DNA of 64,000 nt from Lama glama (Eukaryota). The stretch lies in assembly GCA_028534125.1 (NCBI GenBank), contig CM052828.1, positions 60,140,001 to 60,204,000 on the forward strand, read 5' to 3'. Below, one piece after another: positions 49,801 through 62,215 of this stretch (the first letter of the stretch is position 1; each line of letters begins with the position of its first letter). The notes under the pieces are model-generated. The model saw only the letters and a list, made by a program, of their open reading frames with translations, ran no database searches and had not been told where the DNA came from. Position numbers and translations under genes: made by a program.

Positions 49801-51700
49801 GCATCACACTTGTGTCCCTGCGTGGTAGTCCTTCACATGAGCTGTTACAGGCTGCGCTTCTTGAAATTATGGTTTGCAGTTTTGTCCCAATCCCCTTCAA
49901 AACTATATTTCACATAAGACCAGGTGACACAAACCTGTTTTTGCATACAGAAAATGTAACTCTTGCATAACTAATGGAGAAAGGTGTTATTCAGTTGTTC
50001 CCTTACCCAAAAGCGAGGCAAGGAAACATCTCACTTTCTGAACGTTAAATGTTGTTACTCCATCTGCCGCCGTAACTCCCCAGCCCTCAACTCACCTTCT
50101 TGCGTTTCAACGGTAGTTAAAATGAGCATTATCCTGGTCTCCCTGATCCTGGGCTGTGGCAATGTGGCATTAACTTACTATTTATTTCTTCTAATTCTCC
50201 ACAAATACTGGGGAGGGTGCGGGTTAGAAAAAAAGAAATTCAGAATATACCATTTGGATTTTTGAAGAGTTTTTTGAAAAAGAGCAATTTCTATATATGA
50301 ACGCTTTTCGGTGTGATCCAGGAAACATTTTGATATGGTTTAGCAAAAATAGTTTTTGCATCAGGAACATTATAGTTACCTCATCTGCATATGCAAAGAA
50401 TGCAAAATGGAATCACATTAAGTATAAATTCAATGCAAAAAAATAGACGGCCGTCATTAATGCAACATTATGGTAGAAAATTCAAATGCCCCAAAGTCAT
50501 AAAAGCCAGCTTTCCGGTTCTCACAGCAATCACAGCTGAGTCGCTTTGCATGGCTGGCATTGTGTGTGCGGTGAGGTTTCTACCTGAAGTGGGGGCTCGG
50601 GCTCTGCTCAGCTCAGCAATCCTAAGAGGGGAGGACCGGGACGATGAATAAATTGCAAAATGTGATTTTTTTCCCGTTGAATCACAGTTTGCATTTCCAA
50701 ATGGAAACTGAGGGTAGATGGGTCTTTTCTTCTCAGAACACTGCGTGGAATATAAGCCACAGGAGACACGGCTGAGGCCCTCTGTGTCCGTGAGAACACG
50801 AACAATGTGGCCGGGGTGTGATGACCAGCCTTGATACTCCGTGCAACCAAGTGAATGTTGTGATTCTCCAGTGAGATCCCTGGGGAAGGCTGCTGCTTCG
50901 TTAATAAATGGTTTGGAAGCAGGTTCAGGAGGCCCACAGCTCAGTCATGTTGGGTGCTGGCCTCCCCCTAGAACTGAACGTGCTCAGGTGGGCGCTGCAG
51001 AGGACTGCTGCAGCAGCACTGCCATCTCGTATGGTCTTATTCCTGCTCGCGTGTTTCCTCTTCAAGCCCGAGGAAACAGACTTGGGGGCCGTGCGACTTT
51101 TCAGGGACAGTATCCAACCGGCCAGGATTTGAACTCAGGGTTCTCACTGCTCCTTTGTGCTGCAAGATTCTCCCTCCCTTTCCTCCCTGCCAGCTGCTGC
51201 TGCTGCTGCTCCGCCCCCAACAGTGCTTCCCCCTCCCCCATCATCCTCATCCTCATCTTTCCAGACGGTGTTTTTTGAAAACATTACTGGATCTCTGCTC
51301 CAACTCTGTGGTTACTAGAAGGTGTTCTTACTGTGACTTTTGCATATATCCAAGGTCCAGGCTGAACCAGCCTTGAATCTCACGAGTTCTGACTCTAAAT
51401 TCCTCTTGCTTTCACTCGCAGCCTTCAGCCTCCTGCCTGCAGGTGACAGGTAGTAGGTGTACCTTTGTTCTGCAGAGCTGGAATCTGGAAGGCTCACAGT
51501 GGATTTGGGTAGGGGGTAGGGGTAAGGGAACTGCCATGTTTAAACATGTGTCACACGTGGACTTGAGCCCAGCTGCTCAGGAGGGACCACTTGACCGCTT
51601 TGAAGATTTCCATCTTCCTTTAACTTCTCTGAGATGCTGAGAGGATGCGTCTCCCAGGCCTGCACCCCCACACCAGGGTCATGGCCTCTACAGTTACACC

Positions 51701-51791
51701 AGTGGCAACCAACCCTCCCGGGTTTCCCGGGAGCTGGGACTGTCAGAGCTAAACCGAGACAGTCCCAGGAAAATCAAGACAGGGGTCACCT
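51701..51791 (+). mobile_element. MER94-like hAT-Blackjack MITE
   Basis: gggtttcccgggagctgggactgtcagagctaaaccgagacagtcccaggaaaatcaagacaggggtcacct. Confidence 0.55.
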
Positions 51792-52129
51792 GACCACATC
51801 GCCCCCGACCCTGGAAACCACTGGTCTCCTTTCCATCACTGGTAGGTTTTGGAGAAGGTGAAGCTGGCTGGTCCAGTAACCCCTGGGGCTGCATCTTACA
51901 GCGTGGAGCCTCTGAGCTGTGCTGTCCCTTGGCGCGTGGCTCTCTGACTGGGAACAGTTATTCCCTGGTGTGGATGCGCCTACTCGCCTGCTGAAGGACA
52001 TCCGTGTCATCTCCAGCGTTTGGTTTCACAGGTACAGCTGCTGGGAACACAGGTGCAGATTTTCGAGTGGACCTGAGCTTTCATGCTCGGGAGTCCAGTG
52101 GGAAGTGTGTCAGTTTCCTGAGATGGGCC

Positions 52130-53720
52130 GGGTTTGCCGGAGTGTCCGGTGGCCCCAGGGGCGGCTCAGCGCCCCTTGCTTCGGAGGCGCTCGGCGTGCG
52201 GCCCCAGCCGGGCGGCCTCTCCACGAGGACACAGGGAGCCCCGCGGGGCCGCCCCGGGGGAGGCACCCCTCCACCTGCGGGCGCCGCAGCCCACCGACGG
52301 CCGCTGGAAAACACGGGAGAAACTCCAGAACATCCCGAAAACGAAACCCTGGGTTTGCCACTCGCCGTGTTACGGACCCTTCCGAGGGGTCCGCAACAAG
52401 GGTCCTCCTGCCCGGGGCGCTGGAGCCGGCGGAACGCGACCGAGTCGGGCTCAGAAGCAAAGGCAGGCTTCCTGGTTCTGAGGGAGAGGCGGCGCTGGCG
52501 CTCCAGAGCACAGCCGTCCCCTGGGCCGGCGGGGCTGCTTCGTAGGGTCCAGTGGCGGGGCAGGGGCGGCTTCTCTCCCGGGATCAGCGCTGGCCTCTGC
52601 ACACGCCAGCTGCCCCCGCCTTAACTCTCAGGGTCGTGCTCCGGGACTCTGCACACGCCCGCAGCTATGCGGGACTGAGGGGCGGGGGCGGGGCTTCTGC
52701 ACACGCTCCCGCCACCTTGTTGGACTGAGGTTTCTGGGCGGGGCTTCTGCACACGTCCCCGCCGCCATGATGGACTGAGGGGCGGGGGCGGGGTTTCTGC
52801 ACACCCCCCCCCCCGCCATGTTGGGCGGGGCGGGCGGTCCGCTTGGCGTCTCCACACACTCCGAGCTGAGGTATTGGCAGCGCCGTTCTGCACCGGGAGC
52901 CACGTCTGAAGTGCCGGTGGGAGGCCTCTGCCCGCTGTCCCCTGTGAGCCAGTGAAGCTGGACTAAGCACAGAGGAGGAGAAGAGGTAAGGCCTTATTCT
53001 GTTACCCAGATTCTGTTTTTATTTCCCTCGGAACTGTTGGCTGGCTTCGCCGTGAGGACTGGACGAGCACTTCTGCAGGGTTTGGCCTGTCACGGCGCGC
53101 TGCCGCTGCGCTGGTCCCGTGAGCAGCGTGGGGGTGGCCCGAGGCCTGTGGGGACGAGGGCGGGTTGTGTGCAAACAGCGCACTTGACGCGAGGCACTGA
53201 GTGCCCGCGGTCCCGGAGCAGCGAGCGCCCAGGATGCCGCGTCGGCTGTGCGCGCGGTGCTGCTCTGAGGGCTGCGGGAGACGGGGGAGACGCGTGCACA
53301 AAGGGAGACGCGTGCACGGGGAGACGTGGGCCCAGGCCCGGTGGAAGCGGCCTCCCCGTCCCTGCCGACGCTGCACCGAGGCTCCTGGGCGCTCTCCCGC
53401 AGGCCGCTTGGCCCACCTGGGGTCCCGACGCCGGGGGCCGTCTTCTCTGCTGTCTCTTGGTCCCCGAGGCGCCCACATGCTGCCAGCTTCCTGCAGTTCC
53501 CGCGCCCGAATCGCTCAGACCTCGCGTTGGGTCCCACCCCCCGGCCCTCCAACCCACCTCTGGCTGGGGGGAGCCTCGGTGCAGCCTCCTGAAGTCTCCC
53601 TCCTCGCCAGGCCCCCAGGCCGTTGCCCAGCGCCGGGAAAGCCCCTTCCCTCCCGTTAGTCCCAGCCCTGCACCGGGACAGCGGCCGCTGCCCTCGCCCG
53701 CCTAGGGCAGCCTAAGTGTC
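52130..53720. promoter_or_regulatory. Large CpG island, candidate promoter
   Basis: ~1.6 kb of very high GC/CpG; clustered GC boxes at 52680-52835; + strand donor-like AG|GTAAGG at 52985/52986. Confidence 0.8.
52590..52860. repeat. ~50-bp degenerate tandem repeat inside the CpG island
   Basis: CTGCACAC recurs with its TGCACAC core at 52598, 52650, 52698, 52748 and 52798; GGACTGAGG at ~52672, 52722 and 52772. Confidence 0.85.
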
Positions 53721-54067
53721 GGGAAGTAGCGCTCTTTGTCAGGTGACAGCGCAGTGACTGTCCCCGTTTTATCTATTCACCACTTGTAATCTTTAAAATA
53801 AATCCTGACAGGAGCGGAGAGGGGTGGATGTGAGGCTGGGAGTCAGATTTCGCCTCTGAAGGACTGTGAGCTGGGTGGGGAGGGGCTTCGTGGGGGAAGG
53901 GGGGGCCCAGGGATGGGGATGCGGGGGAGGGGCAAGCCCTAGGCCAGAATCCGTTTCTTGGTAGTTATTGAAAAAGAAGAAAATACGGTAATAAAGTAGT
54001 AGAAGCAGACACTTGCCTAGACTGAGCAGGGCCGGAGGAGCCTGTAGGCATAATTTAAATTTTGTTT

Positions 54068-54172
54068 ACACAGCGGAAAAAAAATGTGACAATGAATATA
54101 TGTATGTTCATGTATAACTGAAAAATTGTGCTCTACACTGGAATTTGACACAACATTTTAAAAAAAAAAAGA
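54068..54172 (+). mobile_element. Very short young L1 3' tail, camelid-like
   Basis: aaaatgtgacaatgaatatatgtatgttcatgtataactgaaaaattgtgctctacactggaatttgacacaacatt plus poly(A); lineage call is from memory. Confidence 0.65.
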
Positions 54173-56269
54173 AGAAACAAATGTAGAAATCTAGATTATG
54201 TGGAAGAGCAACTTGGAGAGGAAACATTAAATTGTTCTAAAATCTTTTAAAGATTTGTTTAATTATAATTTTTAAACAAAAATTAATTTAAATTTTAATC
54301 TAATTAAAGTGGAAGAGATGGTACGAGACAGATATTTTGGCTGATCAGTCCCTGCATAGGCCCAGGCTGGTTGGTGGTCCCAGGAGATGATTGGGGGTGG
54401 GGGTGGGTGTGTTTGTACTAATATGTGGAATCTGCTGAGTTTCTCAGACCCTCTTCACCTCTTCACTCTCCAGAACGTAGATCCCACTGATGTGGTCAAT
54501 GGCCCGGTGCCTTCTTAATTGTTGTAGAAAACGTAATTCTCTCACTAGTCAAGAATTAACAAAGGTAGCATGAAAAAAGATGGGCTATCTTGATGTTCTT
54601 CCCTGCAGTGAAATTGTTTCCCTGTGTTTCTAGGCAGTGGAAAGAAAAGCAAGTCTGTTTATCTTTTAGAGCCTGAGCAGTGGTAAAGTAATTCGCTTAA
54701 AGATTATTAAACCCAAGGAGTGCACAAAAGCTACAGGTATTTAATAAGCACAGGCAAGAGCTGACTCCATCGGAAAGGAAGAAGAAATATTCGGAAGAGA
54801 TAAACGGGTCAGAAAGCCCCTCAAAGCCCCCTCTGGTTCTGCTGAAATATGTTCACCTGAATGTCTGGTAGCATTAGTTCTGGCGTGTCAGTTTCTGGAA
54901 CAGATGACCCCCGCCTCCTGAACAACACACGTGTTTTTGTAAGCAGTTAACTGGGAAAACATAATCACCTTTCCGTACCTGAGGCTTTAGGTACCGAATC
55001 CCATCATTTTTCTTCCCCTTGAAAGATGTAATTTTTAAATAACAGCATATTTATTCATTTGACTCTAGGTTTCTAATGATAACCAGAGCGACATCCAATT
55101 TAGAAGACCGTATTAAGTGATCCAAATACCTAAGTGCCCTTGTAATTAAGTTTACTTTTATCAAGCGTGGCTTAATTGACCACTGACTCTCAGCTGTCCC
55201 CAGGCGCGGGCAGCTTCCTGCTGGCTGTGTAGTCCCTTAGCAAAGATGGCAGCAGAGTCTCCCCTCGCCTGCTGTGCACGGGCCACCTGCTGTGGTTGGG
55301 GCATTTTTGGTGTCACAGTGGGTGGGGTGCCCTGTGCCCGGCAGTGGTGGGCTGGGTGTGTGGCCCGTCCGCATGGTCCTGACGAGGCTGCTCTTGGGGC
55401 AGGGGTGGAGCTGGGTGGTGGCATGTGGAGCAGGACACGAGGAGGCCCTGAGCCTTGGTGAGAAAGTTTATTTTGTCTGAGAGCAGCACTGGCCACGGAC
55501 ACATCTGGGGTTGGGAGAGCCGTGGGAGGGGGTGGGGCACACTTCCCTTCTCTTTTCTTGGGGAATCACTTTGACTATGTTTGTGGAAGTTGAATTGGAG
55601 GATGCCAAATGTGGAGGCTTTTTTCTGGCTCCTTCTTTGGATTCCTCAGGCCATCCCACCATCCACTGGCTGAGCAGCACGCTGTCCTCTGGCCCTGATC
55701 TTTGACGTGTGGCTCAAAGAAAACTCAAAATCCCTGTGTGAGCTGAAGGAGTCCTTTGAACAGCAAGTCTGCAGCTCAGATTCAGTGCCCGTCAGGCACC
55801 TTGGGTGCAGGTGGGCCTGGGACAAGTGCTGGGGGTCTGTACGGCCAGTGGGTGGCCCTTGCTGTGGGGGCCTAGGCCAGGGTCTTGTCCTCCTTCTCAA
55901 CAGGGTGCCCTGGAGCCTCACCTTAGGCTGGATGGGGAACCTATGGAAACAAGTCACCAGAAACCAAACCACTGTGAGGCCCCCTTGTGCAACCTCAGAC
56001 CATAGTCCCCACACGCTGGAAAGACCTGTGGTGAGCCTGTGGTGTGCCGCTGGGAAGCCCTCAGGAGGTCAGGCCTCTTCCCCAGCTCTTGGCTGGCTAA
56101 GGGTTCTTGGATCAACAGAAATCATTAACCCCAGAATCCGCACAGGATTAAATGAAAAGTCAGACACAGTCTGGAGAGCAAGTATTCAGTGTTCAATACA
56201 AACTAATCTTATTATGTTCCCAATCCCTGAATAATCACTTGAGATAAAGATTTGGTTTCAGAGGGGAAT

Positions 56270-56495
56270 GTGTGGGTCTGTACATGCTTGTGTGTAAACG
56301 TGTGCATGTGCACAAAAATTCACGCATGTGTGCATACATTTGTGTGCACATGTGTACACGTGTGTATGCGAGTGTTTATACGTGTAAACAGGTATATGCA
56401 CACACGTGTATATGTGTTGTGTAGCATGTGTGTACACATGGTTCATTCATGTGTACACACGTGGGTGTGAGCATGTGCATTGTGTACACACGTGA
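56270..56495. repeat. Low-complexity alternating purine/pyrimidine (TG/CA) tract
   Basis: tgtgtaaacgtgtgcatgtgcac...tgtacacacgtg. Confidence 0.85.
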
Positions 56496-57049
56496 GACTG
56501 TAGAAGAAATCACAGGAGGGACCCATGCCAGGGCTGTGGTTTTGGGTGTGATAGTTACTTTCAAGGAACCCCGGTGCTTTGTCAACGTTTCAGACCCGAG
56601 CGTAGCTGCCGATGGATAGTTTACTGTCAAGTGTCCTTGTGGTCATCTTGGCAGTTGGTGAAGTCAGGAGCCAGGCAGGTTAAGTGGCCTGACAAGGGTG
56701 AGACTGTGTCAGCCCGGGATGCCCTCTGCTCCGGCCCTCTGCAGAGTCCCCAGGCCACCAGCATGTGACCGCTGCTCCAGACCTTGCTGTCTGGAAGGGC
56801 AGCGTTTACATACCTGCTCGTCAAAACGCCCAGGGCTAGTGGCCACCCACTCAGCAGTTAGCCTCCTGCGACCCGATTTCTGCCAGGACCACGCTCTCAG
56901 TCAGGGAGATAGACAGGTCAGAGCGGGCAGCGGCAGCAGAACCTCTGGACGTGGGGAAGTTCTCTCAAAGTGATGTTAGGTGGGCGAGGGCTTCAGTCAG
57001 AGAAGCAAGCTGAGCTTGTGAAGCGGAAAGTGGTAGATTCATGACAAAT

Positions 57050-57625
57050 AATTGCTCTTTAATCTCTGCAATGTGAATTAGAATTAGGTCTTCTCTTGTA
57101 AATGACACAGCATTGTAGGATGAAATCTTTGGGGCAGACGCACAAAAAGAAGACAAGTGTCGTGTGCCCGTCACCGACCGCAACAAGTAAGCCATGGTGG
57201 ACGGTCCCTCTTAGTCTCCACTCTCCTTCCCCAGAGGTGACCACTATCCTGAATTGGATATTTTTAAGACCAAAATGCAACGTTAACGTGCAGTTGGAAG
57301 TGTTACATGAGCAGCTGCCTGGTGGAAGTCATTTGCGTGCTGCTTGCTGCTGCTCAACGTCGCGCTTTAGAGACTTGCTTCTGGGAGCCGGCAGGTTTAG
57401 CTCACCCGTCTCACTGTTGACTACGTCTCCATTGTATGAGTGGCCCTGGTTTCTCAGTCATCTAATTGACAGGCGTGTAGGCAGTTCCAGCGTTTTGCGA
57501 TATCAGCAGTGCAGTGGTGAGCAGCTGTGCGTGCACAAGTGTGTTTTACTGGGTGTAACACCATGGAGGGATTGCTGGGTTGTAGGGACGTGCATCTGCA
57601 CCCTTTCTAAGTATTGCCTTCGTTT
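57050..57625 (-). mobile_element. Ancient L1ME-like 3' fragment
   Basis: ccttccccagaggtgaccactatcctgaatt..., ccattgtatgagt, gttccagcgttttgcgat, ggattgctgggttgtaggg. Confidence 0.6.
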
Positions 57626-58071
57626 TCGACACCCTGGGGTGAGCTTCAGTGCTGACCGTCTTACCCTGTCAGATGAATAATAATCTCACCAGCTGCGGGC
57701 AACAAGCACCCTGTTCCCAGTCAGTGCTGAAGGCTGGTGCCTCGTGAACCCCCAGCTCATCAACAGACAGAGCACAAGACTCAGCTTTCACAGCAGTGAA
57801 GGCTCCTGGGCCACGTCACTGCTCGCTCTTCCAAAATGGCTCATGTGGGCAGGAGAGAATTTCAGTGAGAAATGGAAATTAGGACTAAAACCCCTCAGAA
57901 TTCAGTCGTCTATTAGAAACATCCTAGTAAAAAGCTGTCTCCGTTGTGAATATTCTTAATCACAGTCATATTTTCTGTGGGGGTGTTAGCAGTTAACTAG
58001 GTGAAAGGGGGCTCCGTAGATGCATCAGCCCCTCGGTAACAACAACGTTGTTCTATGAATAAAAAAAAATA

Positions 58072-58675
58072 CTGCTCCTGGGCGTATATCCAGAAAAGAC
58101 AAAAACTCTAATTCAAAAAGACACCTGCACCCCAATGTGCACAGCAGAACTGTTTACAATAGCGAAGACTTGGAGACAACCTGAATGTCTACTGACAGAT
58201 GACTGGATAAAGAAGATGTGGTCTGTATGTACAATGGAATACTACTCGGCCATAAAAAATGAAATAAGGCCATTTGCAGCAACATGGGTGGACCTGGAGA
58301 TTGTCATACTAAGTGAAGTAAGCGAGAAAGAAAGAAAAATACCATATATCACTTATATGTGGAATCTAAAAAAAAATACAAATTTTATTTACAAAACAAA
58401 TAGATTCAGATATTGAAAACAAACTGTGGTTATGGGGCAGGGATGAGCGATAAATTAGGAGTTTGGGATTAGCAGATACACACTACTATATGTAAAATAG
58501 GTAAACAAGGACCTACTGTACAGCTCAGGGAACTATATTCAGTATCTTATAATAAATGGAAAAGAATCTGAAGACGTACATATATATATGTATATTTATA
58601 ACTGAGTCATTTTGATGTGCAGCAGAAATTAGTATAGCATCGTAAATCAACTATACTTCAATTTACAAAACCAAA
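58072..58675 (+). mobile_element. 5'-truncated L1 containing the ORF2 C-terminus and 3' UTR
   Basis: ORF 58135-58416 (LFTIAKTWRQPEC..DDWIKKMW...MEYYSAIKNEI.PFAATWVDLE..ILSEVS) is the conserved L1 ORF2p C-terminal segment, followed by a cetartiodactyl-type UTR. Confidence 0.95.
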
Positions 58676-59379
58676 AAGCGAAACCCCTGGTGGTCTGATA
58701 AAGTGTGATAAGAGCGACATCCTAGTCACGTGGAAGTGCCTCCCCAGGAAGGTCGCTCCAGGACGCAACCTTGGGAACAGCTTCACCGGCCGGGTGGCCT
58801 GGAGGCCATGCAAACAGGCAAGTTTAGGAAGAGCCTGTGGAAGGAGGGCGGCTGGTCCGCAAGCTCTGATGTTCACTTTGCTCTTTCAGCCCTGCGGTCG
58901 CCAGCCCTTCTCATTTCCTGTCCCCCAAATTAACAGAATCCTTTCCTACACGGGTTTCCTGTGTGGAACCCAAGTGTCATCCACTTGGCAATGAGTGGGC
59001 CCTTCCTGTACCGCTGGCTTCAGAGTGTGCAGAGCTGCAGTGAATGTTGGGCACTGGCTCTGACCGGGGAAAGGGGACACCCGGAGGTTGCTGGCCTGTG
59101 GCGTCCACGCGCGGGTGCTGTGGGGCCAGGAAGTGGGGAGCAGGCTGCTGGCTGAGCTGGCTTGTGGACGGGGAGGGGAGGGGCAGATACAGCCATGACA
59201 GTGTGGTGAACAAGAAAGGGAGGGGGTGCGGCTGGGGGCCAGCTTGCCTGGAGCGGAGGGCCTGCTCTGGAGGCCACACGCACAAGGGCGGGTGGCTTTG
59301 GACAAGGAGGGGTGGTGCCTTTGGCCTCTGGGTTCCACATGTACATCTTGGATGAAGAAGCTAAGGTTTGCTTTCTTGG

Positions 59380-59835
59380 ACGCCACTCTCAGATCCAGAG
59401 TGGGATGGTCTGTGTCCCTTCCTCTTGAGACTGTCAGTCAGCAGAATAGGGCGCAGTGATGCCCTGGACTTCCAGGAGCGCATCACAGGGATGACGAGCA
59501 CCTCTGCGTCCTTTTGGGGATGCTGCTTCTGACACCTGGTCACCGTGCTGTGAGGAAGCCCATGCGGAGTGTGGGCAGGGCTGCGTGGGGAGGACGGAAG
59601 TCCTGCCCGTGGCCCAGCTGAGCCCCTGGCCTGCAGTGGAACCACCCGCCGGTCATGCAGCTGCGTCACTGCCAGAGTGAACCATCCAGTCGTGGTTGGG
59701 CTCTCCAGCGGAGGCCATACCAGGCAAGTCATCCCTCCCCAAGCGCTACCAAATGACAGGTTAATCAGCAAGTAAGTTACTGCTGTCTTACTGAATTTGG
59801 GGGTGCGTTATTACACAGCAATAGATAACTGAAAG
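59380..59835 (+). mobile_element. MaLR LTR (MLT1F/G/H-like)
   Basis: caccgtgctgtgaggaagccca...cagctgagccc...tttgggggtgcgttattacacagcaatagataactgaaa. Confidence 0.75.
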
Positions 59836-60879
59836 TTCACATTGCCACTTCACCCACCTCTGCGGACCTGTCCAGAGGTGGGGAGGGAGTGTGGCCCTGA
59901 AGCTTTGTCGTGGTGGTGGCTGCTGTCCTGTCTGCGTGTCTATAGGAACCTCTTGGAACCTCTAAGAGTGGGGGCCCAACCACTGGCCAGGTGGTAGTGA
60001 CCCTGGGACACAGCTCAGCACAGGTGTCACTCTCTTCTGAGTCCTGGAACCCAGGGTTTACCAGCAGCAGTTTTTCTAAACCCCAACATATTTCAGAGTA
60101 AAATTTGTGCTTGTGTCAGTAACAAATGGCCAGAACTAGAATCTCGGGGCTCTGATGGTCCCTTCTGGGCAGGAACACAAGGGGGATTCTTCCCCTGTCA
60201 CTGCCTCCGTGATAGCAGAGCCACCCCCCGCCCCAGGAGCCAGGAGTGTCTTTAGACCCAGGGCAAGGCCACAAGGTGCTTTCCTGGGTGCAGGGTGGAG
60301 AGGTGACTGGCACGCAGACCTGGGCTCGCTCCATCCTGAGCAGAAGTCCAGGCTCATTGTGCTGAGGCAGTTTGTGGGGCTGGGGGCTTTGTGTCCCAGT
60401 GCCTGAGGACACTGCGCTGTAGAGCCTGTCCTCACATGAATCTGGCAGCAGCAGCCACCTGGAAGCCACCTGAGATGCAGAACGTCAGGGTCCTGCCCTG
60501 CCGAAGTCCTGGTCAGTTGTGGAGTTGGGAAGCCCGAAGGACCCCAGCCTGGGGCGGCGACTCCCCAGTGTCCATGTGCAGTGGGGCCACCTGAGCTACT
60601 GAGCTGGAAGGTCTGCGTTTCTGACAGGATCTTGAGTGATGCTGATGCAGCTGGTCACACCTGGAGAGCCTCTGTGTTGTAGAGAGAGGCTTTTCAGTCT
60701 CAGCTCACCTGCTGACCCCCTGGTCACCTGCTGACCACCAGGGGCTTATATGGCACCGGCTGGGTCCCACCCCGAGATGTTCAGAACTAGTTGGCTGGGC
60801 TGCGGCCTGGGTGAGTCTAAGGCCTAGCCCACGCTGAGAACGTCTTCACTGTGATGGTTCTGTGTGTGGCCCCAGGCCC

Positions 60880-61425
60880 GTCGTTTCTAATGCTGCCGAT
60901 CACCACGAACACAGCACTTACCTAAAGCGTGTTCCGTGTCTCCCGGGTTCTGTGGGTCAGAAGTCCAGGCAGCTGGACCCCCCTGCTTGCCTGGGAGTCT
61001 TTCTCACGGGGCTAAAATCCCAATGTGGGCCGAGTGTATCCCACCTGGAGCTCTCTCCCCAACTGCCTGGTTGTTGGGACAGTTCAGCTCCTTGAGGCCA
61101 TGGGCTGAGGCTCCTTTTCCTGCTAGTCATCTGCCCTTTGCGGGCAGCAGGGAAACCCCTCTTGCTCTGAATCCCCCTCCTCACCCAAGGCCTAGAACCT
61201 TAAGGGGCTCATCTGATGAGGTCAGGCCCACCCGGGTTAAACTCCTTGATCAGTCAGAGCCAGTTGATTAGGGGCCTTGATTCCATCTGCACAATGCCTC
61301 ACCTTTCCCCGGCAAGGTGACCTGCTCACAGGCTAGAAATCCCGTGTCTGTGAGCCCCGCCTACACTCCCCATTATAGGCTCCTTCACCAGGGGCGGGGG
61401 GTCCTGGGGGCTATTCAGCCAACTG
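60880..61425 (-). mobile_element. MaLR LTR (MLT1E/F-like)
   Basis: gttctgtgggtcagaagtccaggca...taaggggctcatctgatgaggtcaggcccacccgg...gattaggggccttgattccatctgca. Confidence 0.7.
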
Positions 61426-61434
61426 CACCAGAAC

Positions 61435-61570
61435 TGCAGCCTGCGTTTCACCTGGGAACCTCGTTGCAGATGCCAGCTCTTGGTCCCACCCCAGACCTGC
61501 AGCATCAGAAGCCCTGGGGAGGTGTTCTGTGATTTGTTTCCACGACCGTCCAGGTGGTTCTCGTGGTATC
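61435..61570 (+). mobile_element. MER5A-like fragment
   Basis: tcacctgggaacctcgttgcagatgc...tcccaccccagacctgcagcatcagaagccctgggg...tccaggtggttct. Confidence 0.6.
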
Positions 61571-62089
61571 CCAGCACCGTCAGGCGGAGTCTACACAGAT
61601 GCTGACAAGCGGGGCTGAGAGCCAAGGGTCTGTGCCAACATCCCTACACCTGTCGTCTGGGAGCAGGCTTTGGAGGAGGGTAATTTTATTACCAACATTT
61701 CATAACTGATGAGACAGGCGAAGACAAGTCGTGTCACAAGCTGACATCCGACAGAGCTGGGTTTCCCCCGCCTGTCTGACTCTGGAGCGTGAGCTCCTGG
61801 TGCCTCACCTGCTTCCCCAACAGGGGGCTGACCCCGTCTTAGTGTCTCTGCAGGAATCCGTCCTGGGTGGCCGCAGGTGTGGTCACCAGCAGGACCTAAG
61901 TTTATAAATCGCTGCTCATAATGTCACATGGGAACCACACTGATACAGGCACAGGCTGCTTCCCGGGGAGGTGAGGGGAGGTGGCTTCTCCAGCCTGTGA
62001 GGTGTAGGAGGCGGGCTGGGAAAGGTCTGGATCACAGAGGACAGGCAGGTGTGGACCTGGACCCGGAGAGTGTGCGCCTTTGTCTGGCT

Positions 62090-62215
62090 GTGGCAGCAGC
62101 CCTGGGAGGCTGTTAGAAACACAGTGCCAGGCTCTGTCCCAGGCCTCCAGCATCAGAAGCTGGATTTGCACAAGCTGCCTGGAAAGTTTGTGTGCGCACT
62201 GAAGCTCAGGAGTGT
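62090..62215 (+). mobile_element. MER5B-like fragment
   Basis: gcagcagccctgggaggctgttagaaac...catcagaagctggatttgcacaag...tgtgcgcactgaagctcagga. Confidence 0.55.

Noticed and set aside
55460-55930. Possible antisense processed pseudogene (AATAAA on the minus strand near 55468)
   Set aside because: No poly(A) tail, no TSD and no recognisable protein in the frames I translated
58135-58416. 93-aa ORF as a host gene
   Set aside because: It is the L1 ORF2p C-terminus of a truncated retrotransposon
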